From: Camelus dromedarius
Taxonomy: Eukaryota
NCBI RefSeq assembly: GCF_036321535.1
Contig: NC_087436.1
Location: forward strand, 71,674,001 to 71,738,000
DNA: 64,000 nucleotides
Direction of reading: 5' to 3'
Part shown: piece by piece, positions 37,120-45,770 of the stretch
How positions within the stretch are numbered: position 1 is the first letter of the stretch
Layout of the letters: the number at the start of each line of letters is the position of its first letter
Made by a program: the position numbers and the translations under genes
Notes under the pieces: model-generated
Database searches by the model: none
The model's input: the letters and a program-made list of their open reading frames with translations, nothing else
What the model was told of the DNA's origin: nothing

Positions 37120-37530
37120 AGTGGTGGTTGAGTCCAGGTTCTAGAGTCAAACTGCCCGAGTTTGAAATCTATTTATTTAACTTTGGGAAAGTTATTTTTC
37201 TTGTTTCAGTTTCATCTTCTATAAAATAGGGACAAAAAAAAAAAAAAAAAAAAAAGTCCTGAAACTCACATCATGGAGGACTTTAATGACCCTCCCCGAA
37301 GGCCTTCTGGTAATTCCTACTTAATAAATATTATCCTAATGGAGTATACATTGATGATGAGTTAAAGTGTGATTTTTTAAAAAACAGACTTGAGATACAT
37401 GTAATAGAGTAGTCCATGCGTGTAAGAAAGTACCTAATATGGTACTTACTTCAAAGGGATGCTGTGAGGAATAAAAGAGAAAATTCACGTATAGCGGTAG
37501 GCATGGTATGCGGCCCATATTAAGCACTTG
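37120..37530 (+). mobile_element. MIR interrupted by the inverted COX18 3' UTR copy
   Basis: MIR core tcagtttcatcttctataaaataggga (ending about 37232) resumes as gtacttacttcaaagggatgctgtgagga (about 37442). Confidence 0.8.
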
Positions 37531-37584
37531 CATTTGTTCGAGAACAGGTTTTTCAGGGCAGAAAGCAAAGCATATTCAAAAGCA

Positions 37585-37830
37585 GATTAGCATAATAGTT
37601 AAGAGCAAGTGTCAAACTGCCTGGATGTGTGTTAAGACTCTTCCACTTAACAGATCAGTGACCCTGGATGAGCTACTTAACCTCTCTGTGCCTTGGTTCC
37701 CTCATCACTAAAGTGGAGATTATAATAGCACCTACTTCACTACATTGCTGGGAGAAATATATGCACTAATATATGTAAATGATTTAAATCACTGCCTGGC
37801 ACAATGTTAATGCTGAACAAATATTAGCTA
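37585..37830 (+). mobile_element. MIR
   Basis: gtgaccctggatgagctacttaacctctctgtgccttggttccctcatc...gcacctacttca. Confidence 0.8.
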
Positions 37831-39370
37831 TCATCATCATCTTATTCACAAAGTGGACAGTACTGAGCCCAGCGACGTCAGACTACAAACTGCCTACAAA
37901 ACATCATTCTTCTTCCTTAGTAATAAAACCCTAATTTTCAGAGGATATACTGTCACCTGGGAAAAAAAAAAAGCAAAAAAAAGCTGTACTTTCCAGCTTC
38001 TTTTGCAGTTAGGTATGGCCACATATTTAAGATGTAAGCACAAGTGTTTGGTGGGACATCTGGCAAGGGTCCTGAGAGGGGCTGACTATACTTGAAGCAC
38101 CGTTTTACTATTCTTACAAGATAACAAGCTTCAACAGCAATCATGACTATTCTGTGGCCTTCAAGGCAGAAATTACAGGCTGTGGATTATGCAACATTAA
38201 GAGAGAAGCAGGCTGTGTCTCTCCTGTCTTCACAGGGATGTCACATCAGCTCTACACTAAACTGTCTAATTCTGAATTTCCTATATTTGAAAGAATGAAC
38301 TTTTGGGTATTGAAGACACTGTTTTTTTAGATCTCTGTTACTCACTTTGAACTCAATCTCTCACTAAAACGTGACTGCTCCTATTATATTTGATCTGGAG
38401 GTTTTCTCAATGATAACTGGTATTATTTCCCTTAGAAATGTAGTAAATTTGTATTGCTCTGCTTTAACCAGAGTATTTTACAACAACATTATTATTACGT
38501 GAAAAGTACTATAATAGGCACTTATTATTTCACTAATTCTCAGACATTATGGTGTTTATTTTAGAAATGAGAAAACGTATTTATTTTACACAAGTTTAAT
38601 GACAGTATTATGTCTAAGTGATAGCTTAAAAACATTTAACATTTAATTGACATTTGTGAGGCTGAAAACACACTATTTCAGATTCCTGAGACAAGTCATA
38701 TGAAGTACTTTCATACAAGCTGATGTAACTCTAACTACCAGCAACAAATGACGACTACTTTATGGTCTATGTGTTGGCTCTGAGCAAAGACAGATATACC
38801 TGATACAGCTTTAGCCATCTCAGCACTGAAGTATCCACGGAAAATAAGTAAAAGGCTAAAAATACGAAATAACTGCAAACATAACATTTCTTTTTCTATT
38901 TCTATAAAAGTTTAATTACGTACAAATGGAGACAAGTATACTTGTTTCATAAAGTTGTTATGAGCTTAAATAATATTACATATGAAACCATATGGACCTA
39001 GCACAAAGTTTTGTTTCTTTTCTAAGTGCTAACTTCCTTGGCCCAGACTATGAAGACAGAAAGAACTCAATATATCAATTAATCAAACAGAGAAATACTA
39101 TGTTCATAGTACTGTGCAAGGTATTTTGCAAGATTGAAAAAAAAAAAAAGAAAAATGGAAAAAAGGAGTTTGATTTAGAAGAATTAAGACATATTCATAT
39201 AAAGAAAGTTTAACCAATCCCAAGAAATATTCAGACATCACTTGGTGATAGGGACAGTAGAAACCAGTAAGGGGTTGAGTGGTCAGAGGAAGCTCAATAG
39301 AAGAGGCAGAATACAGTCAGAGAAGGTTTATATTTAGCACATGCTTCACACAATGCTGGTGCTTACTCAC

Positions 39371-39478
39371 TGAAGGTACTGTGGCTGCAATTGGAATCAT
39401 CAACACTGATACCGCCCGAACAAAGTATGTAATATATGTCTGAAAACGAGACATTCCAATTTTCTGCAGAGCAAACAT
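39371..39478 (-). CDS. COX18: COX18 coding exon 5, 108 nt
   Basis: Acceptor CAG|ATG; encodes MFALQKIGMSRFQTYITYFVRAVSVLMIPIAATVPS; donor TCA|GTGAGT. Confidence 0.96.
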
Positions 39479-39969
39479 CTGAAGGGGTAGAATATATACA
39501 CATGATTATTAAAATGCACATTAAATTAGACATGCTTTAAAATACAAATGGATTTTTGACTGCCCTCTACCTATACTTTAATAAAAGCAAAAAATAATTA
39601 AAAACAAAACTGATAAATTTATTGGTTGATAATCTATTTAAAAACTTAATCATGTAGAATTCTTAAATGGAGCTTTAATTAATAGCAATAAAGAGATTGA
39701 ACTATATTAAAAAGAATCACAGCATAATTTTTATAAGTCAATGTTTTTAAAAGATTGTCAGTAAACCTTAAGTCTCTTTGAGATAAGTCTTATGTATGAA
39801 TCATTAACCTTGGCTTTTAGCACCTAAATACAAGGCCTGGCATAAAGAAAGAACTTGACAGCCATCTCAAAGGTTTGTGATCTGGCTACACAGACTTTGG
39901 AAAGGACCAAGGCTAGGAAAAGCAGTTATGGTTTACTTAATTTACGAGGTAAATTACTTATTTACAAGG

Positions 39970-40220
39970 CAGCACAACTCAATGATTATGAACACAGACT
40001 GTACACCCAAACTATCTTGGTTCATGAGGCAGCCCTGCATTTAGTGGTTATGTGTTTTTGTGCAAGTTACTTAAACTTTCTGCTCCTCACTTTCACCACT
40101 TTAAAGTGGGGGTAATAAAAGTACCGACATCACAGCATTACTGTTAAGAATTAAATGAGTTAATTCAAATAAATTCTGTACAGCTGTGCCTGGCACATGG
40201 TGAATGCTAAGTAAGAATAG
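39970..40220 (+). mobile_element. MIR
   Basis: gcaagttacttaaactttctgctcctcactttc...aattaaatgagttaat...gtgcctggcacatgg. Confidence 0.75.
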
Positions 40221-40673
40221 ATTTTTATTAAACTTATCTAAGCTGGGTTGTTAGATGGAATAAAGTAAAGACTAGAGGATTGACATTAATTCACTGTGAC
40301 CTGTTACCACTTCCTTCTTTCTAAGAAATATTCACTAAGTACCAACCACGTTCACAGAACTGTGCTGGTGCTCTTAGGGTAACACACCTAGGCTACACAT
40401 AAAAAACTTTACCCAAGGCCTTAAGAGTATCATCTTCATTTTCCTCGCCTGAAAGAAATAAGTGTATTAGATTTCCCAAAGAGAGATCAGTAGATATGAG
40501 GTCTGCGAAAGCTCAACTGAGATAGATCTTTCCTAAGATTTCTTCTAGTTCAGAGTCTATATTCTACTCAGTCTGAGAACAGTTCTTTATGGGATTAAAG
40601 GCATGCTTTCCCTAAACTGCTAAGTAAAGTAGCACAGGATAATGGTTAAAACATGGCTGGGATGTCATATTTT

Positions 40674-40825
40674 TCTTTTTTTTTTAATTATTATTTATTA
40701 TTTTTTTTAATTTTGGGGAAAGTAATTAGGTTTATTTATTTATTTTTAATGGAGGAACAGGTGACTGAACTCAGGACCTCATGCATGCTAAGCATGCACT
40801 CTACCAATGAGCTATACCCTCCCCC
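40674..40825 (-). mobile_element. tRNA-derived SINE (Vic-1-like), COX18 intron 4
   Basis: SINE body; 16-bp TSD tgggatgtcatatttt at 40658-40673 and 40827-40842. Confidence 0.9.
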
Positions 40826-41329
40826 TTGGGATGTCATATTTTATACGTATGTTTCTCCACTCCATCTTATGAAGAAGTTCTATGACTCTTCTAAGGTCAT
40901 ATAACTAAGGGCAGTCAGGTACTAACTAATACAAATCGACATATTAAACACATACACGAAACACCAATATCTTGTGGAAATAAAACCAGATTGATCAGGT
41001 TGATTAGGCATCTTAATTGCTGTCTTTACTAAAAAGCAAATCACAAAAACGTATGCATTAGAATCATTTAATTTTAAAGCTGAAAGAGATTTTGGAAGCG
41101 CCTCTAATTCAGCTCTCCTATTTTAATTACAAAAGAATAATACAGAGAAGTTAAGGAACCAGCCTGAGACACAGTTTATCGTCAATAGCTGATCTGTGAC
41201 CAAAACCAAGGAATCTCAATTCTAGCCCAGAGCTATCACCACCAGCTCAAATTCGTTTGAAGTCAGAACAGCAACAACAAAAATCCCAATGACTTAAATG
41301 GCAAGCAAATCTCATTTAAAACCACTGAC

Positions 41330-41454
41330 CTCCACTATTAATAAATTGATGACACCCACGGAGACAGGCAGAATCCAAGTGGAATCCAGGGCAGTGAGGT
41401 CAGGAAACCACAGGACCCCACCAGTAGCTAACTGCTCCTGAACAGAAAAACCTG
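41330..41454 (-). CDS. COX18: COX18 coding exon 4, 125 nt (122 nt if the second AG of the CAGCAG acceptor is used, starting at 41451)
   Basis: Acceptor TTTCAG|CAG|GT; encodes (A)GFSVQEQLATGGVLWFPDLTALDSTWILPVSVGVINLLIVE with the OXA1-family LWFPDLT motif; donor GAG|GTCAGT. Confidence 0.96.
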
Positions 41455-42193
41455 CTGAAACATTTTTATACATAAAACAAAGGAATTTCTAAAAATAGCA
41501 GAGGAAAATAATTCTAAGAAGGTGTCCCTCACCCTGAAGACTTGCATTTTTTATTCAGGTTATTTTCATTCTATAACATAAATTAGTCTTTCCTGTTCAG
41601 AGAAAGAGGCAAGAGATTCACAGACAATAGAGATATGAAGCAGTAATCTTTTCAGACTTAAATTTAAAAAATTATTTGTCCATAGGCTGCTTTCTTTCAA
41701 ATCTACTGATTACTTTCTGGTTAGCAATGCCTTTAAATGAAAGTAAAAAAACAAACACTTTAGTTTATAACCTTTCTTAATTAAAGTTTACATTTACAAC
41801 TGTGAAATATTTTCTGGTCTCTTAAACTTAGAAAAAATTCTTGGCCAGGAAACTGAATTATGGAATTACAACACTAATTTTATTATGATCTCCAAGAAGT
41901 CGCACTAGTGATGTCCTTCCTAGATTCATTTGTTTTCTCAACACAGCTAGTTTGCTTACACTTAATGTTTTAAATTCCATACCCTTGTAAGGGAGATAAT
42001 AAAGAATATATTCTAATTATCATAAGTATAGGTGTTTTTAATTTTTTTGCTTGGTTTTTTGTTCTTCTCTTTAGAGTACAAAGACAATGTACTTATATAC
42101 AAACTGCACTTATATGTACAGTGTACTTATGTACAAAGACAATGTACTTAGAGTACAAAGAACTTATTTGGGGAAACAGATTTCAATAACTAC

Positions 42194-42357
42194 CTTCTGA
42201 ATGTGCTGCCCCTGTGCTAAAATTCCGGAGAGCAACAGACATGAAGATCCACATTGGAATCTGGATCCAGACCAATACAGTGGCTTTGAAAGGGTGGCAG
42301 TTATCCCGAATATACAGCTCTGAAACAAGCCTCCGCAGAATCTTTAGATAAGTAAGC
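42194..42357 (-). CDS. COX18: COX18 coding exon 3, 164 nt
   Basis: Acceptor TAG|G; encodes LTYLKILRRLVSELYIRDNCHPFKATVLVWIQIPMWIFMSVALRNFSTGAAHSE; donor G|GTAGTT. Confidence 0.97.
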
Positions 42358-44414
42358 CTAGATTGAGGGAAGAGGGAAAAAGAAAAAGGAGAAAACATCG
42401 TTTGACTACTAGCAGTGCTTCATCCCCACAGTGCAAACACACACACACTCTGGTTACTGGCTAAGGGATTTATGGAGGATTTTGGGTGTATGAAGGGACT
42501 GCCTAAACAAAACGCAAATAAAGTCCTTTACTCCAAGTTCTTTCACAATTTACACAAATCACAGAATGATTCAATAAATCTGACACTGTCAAACTACAGG
42601 CTGTGTTTCTGGCGGTCCTTGGCAAATTAGGCTTTAACCAGGGAAATTTCACTACTGACATAGTATGACCACAACTTCAATCAGAAATTCTAAAGGTGAA
42701 AAGCACATTTTACTCAAATACCTCCACTCCAGCCAAGCTCAATCACTTAACTCCTGAACATATCTTAGGTAGCAATGTGGTTTTGTACTGTGTATGCTCT
42801 TGGCCTGTCAAAATGGTCTCCATCCTTCAGTCAACTCTTTCATAAAGATTTTCTTACTATTTCTCTGTTTACCATATTAGTTATTCCAGTTCTTGTCTTA
42901 AGTTCCACTTTCTGGACCATAGTCTCCTCAAAGGTCAAGTATCGGGTCTTAATCTTTAAATCACTTGTAGCATGTTTTATACAAGGTAGACGTTCAATAG
43001 GTTTGCTGAATTTAATCAAATTATAATCTACTGAATTAAGACAGTACATAGAGACATTCTAGGCTCTTTGAAATTTAGCCTTTGCCTACTCTTGCAACTT
43101 TATCTCCTGTTACTTTCTGTAGACATCTGTATATTCTAGTCCCTGAATGACCTGGGTCATCCAACAAATCAGACTTCCACACCAGCATGCCTTTGGAAGT
43201 TATTATATCATCTGTGTGGACAGCCCACTTTCCTGACCTGACAAATGTCACCTGACATTTACAAATAGCCTTCAAAACCCAATTCCATTGAAAATGCAGG
43301 AAACCCTCAGAAAGGTTTCCTGCATTAGAAAGCCACTCTGCTGTGTAAGGATGTGTCTGGACAATCATCCTGCCAGTGCTGCATAAGCAAGGTGCCACAG
43401 TCTTGTTGAGGCTGCATTTATAACCCACGTGAGCAGCTACTAATCTGCTCTTTTGGACTAAAGCTGTAGTCCTCGGATTTCCCTGCTCAGTAAACCATTA
43501 AAACTATAGGTTTACCAACTTTTTCTTTTATCAAGTAAAGACATTAAGCTATAAGAATATATTTTCTAAAATACCAGGTCTTTTTAACACTATATAAGGA
43601 GGGACATAATTTCATACTGAAGATAGTTGGCAAATTTACACCATATACAGATAAAATATATGGATAATTTAGTAATCATATTTAAAAAGCCCTTATTTTT
43701 CTCATTGCTGTTAACTGGTTAACACTTTGTTACACTCTAGTAAGGATCGGGATTTAGAAAACTAAGCAGTAATAGCTTAGGCTGACTAAAGCAGGGGGCC
43801 TTCGAAGTTCCTAGTGGATGACTGTAGGCATAGAACTGAAGCATGGTTAAGCCCCTTTGGGCAAAGGCTTTCTAAGAGAAAAGGCAGATAGCTACACAGA
43901 GTAACCACAGCAGATTGACAATACCTTGTCTATCCAGTCGCTTTTACTAGGGCATTCATATTTTCTACCTCCCCATTCCTGTGGGCTACAGTCCGCTGAA
44001 TCTTGTCAAAAAGGTCAAGTTTGCAAATAACCTGTAACATTATTGATTAAAATCTCAACAGACTGGCACAGTATCTTCATCCCTGACTTTCCATGATGAC
44101 CCAACTCTGTACATAAATCTTTTGTACAGTACTTAATTCAGTCATTATTTGATTACACGGCTGTCTTTTTCAATAGCCTGAGGTCCCTTAAGAACAAGGA
44201 ACTTTCTCTTCTTATCTTTGTTTCTCCATTTCTTTCCTTTCAGTCCGGTATATAAAACTATCATGCCACATAAACTTATTAGAAAGAACTACTTTGCTGC
44301 TAAAGCTACAGAATACACAAATCTATAATAAATATCATGTATACATTTTGTGTCTATATATATACACAAATATATACATATATTCATGGTTTTATATGCA
44401 TAAAATTAGCTTAC

Positions 44415-44515
44415 CTGGCAACTCTTTTGGACCACCCCAACTGATTTGCGCGAACTGCAACTTCTTGGTTAAGATGCCTTGCAATGTTTTTTATTTCTGG
44501 CTGCAAATTTTCCAC
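44415..44515 (-). CDS. COX18: COX18 coding exon 2, 101 nt
   Basis: Acceptor TAG|GTG; encodes VENLQPEIKNIARHLNQEVAVRANQLGWSKRVAR; donor AG|GTAAGC; phases fit exons 1 and 3. Confidence 0.97.
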
Positions 44516-44679
44516 CTAGCTAAAGAAAAAATACACTTTGTTATGGGCACACAAAAGACCTTCATTCATAACCATTTATGATTTTTCTTTCTAGTTCCTC
44601 AAGCTCATTTAAAAATGTGGTTCACTGGTCATGTCAAGAAACCTTAAGTCTGAGTATATGACACTAATTTAAGATATCC

Positions 44680-44826
44680 TCAGCTGTAACCAGATTCAAA
44701 TTCCAGCGTGTACACTTAGCTGTGTGATCTTGGGCAAATTATTTAACTTCTAAAGTCCTGTCCCCTTACATACATAATGTATAACAGCACCTACTTCATA
44801 GGGTTATTTTAAGGATTAAATGAGAA
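44680..44826 (+). mobile_element. MIR
   Basis: agctgtgtgatcttgggcaaattatttaac...gcacctacttcatagggtt...aggattaaatgag. Confidence 0.8.
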
Positions 44827-45039
44827 CTGCCTTCTGCACTTTAATGTTTCAATCCCTGGATTTCCCAGTAATGTAAACCAAGGAAACAGAAGTCAATTAA
44901 TAGTATTTAACACGCTCTGTGGCAGCCACACAAAATTTGCATTTATTTCCTGTCCTGTGTTAATTCTTTTGTAAAGTAGCTCATTGCCGTATTGGTGCTG
45001 ATTAACACGCAGCTCTCCGGAAGCTATCTGGGGATCTTA

Positions 45040-45770
45040 AGCCTCACCTTGGCCAGGATGTAGTGCTGGTAGGCGGCCAGGGGCAGCGTGACGGCGCCGC
45101 GCAGGGCCATGGTGGTGAGGAGAATGCTGCCCCACCAGGGCAGGCCCGTGGCGGTGTGCGCGCAGAGCAGCAGCGCCTCCGCGCCCTGTACCGGAGCCGA
45201 CGTAGCCAGGGCCTCGTACCAGCCTCCCGCGCCACCCGGGGCAACTGCAGAGACTGACGAGGCTGCCCACACTGGCAGAGCGGAGCGCCTCATGCCGCCC
45301 GTTAGGACGGGCGCGAGCTGCGGGCCCAGGGCCCCGAGCCGCAGGGCAGGCAGCGGCCGCAGCCACCGAAGGCTGAGCCGGCACAGCATGTCTGCCACCA
45401 CCAAGGAGCCGGACACACGGACCTCCCGACGGCGTAGTATCGCGCAGCCGAGACTATTCCTCGCATGCGCCGGCGACCCCGCGCATAAAGTAGGCGTGGG
45501 CGCGCCGGCAGCCACAATTGACCTTCCTAGTCAAGCCGGTGACGTCTTGCGTCGCGCTGGAGATGACGCAGAAGGTAGCGAAGTCCCGCCTTTCCCACGC
45601 GGCACTGACCAGGCCTACCGTGCACACACGGTACTTTGGCGCTGCTGGCATGGAGCTCCTCAGAGGCCAAAAAGAATTTCAGAATCGGGGGCGGGGCTTG
45701 TTGCCCTGAGCAGGGCGGGGCGTTCCCTAGGAAGTTCTCGCCTAAGAGAGCCGGTCTTCTGCGTATGCCT
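45040..45770. promoter_or_regulatory. CpG island / TATA-less COX18 promoter with NRF-1-like, CRE-like and GC-box motifs
   Basis: Only CpG-dense, GC-rich segment of the window. TCGCATGCGC at 45461-45470 (NRF-1-like), TGACGTC at 45540-45546 (CRE-like), GGGGCGGGGC at 45688-45697 and GGGCGGGGC at 45713-45721 (Sp/KLF). Confidence 0.85.
45048..45389 (-). CDS. COX18: COX18 coding exon 1 (mitochondrial presequence and first hydrophobic segment), 342 nt
   Basis: ATG at 45389 gives MLCRLSLRWLRPLPAL...TGLPWWGSILLTTMALRGAVTLPLAAYQHYILAK, which contains the OXA1/COX18 GLPWW motif. Donor AAG|GTGAGG at 45048/45047. Lies in a CpG island. Confidence 0.97.

Larger units (their letters stand above)
35402..37443. 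repeat. Inverted repeat pair: 35402-35587 and 37252-37443
   Basis: The reverse complement of 37252-37443 aligns to 35402-35587 with about 19 substitutions and two small indels (hand alignment). Confidence 0.95.
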
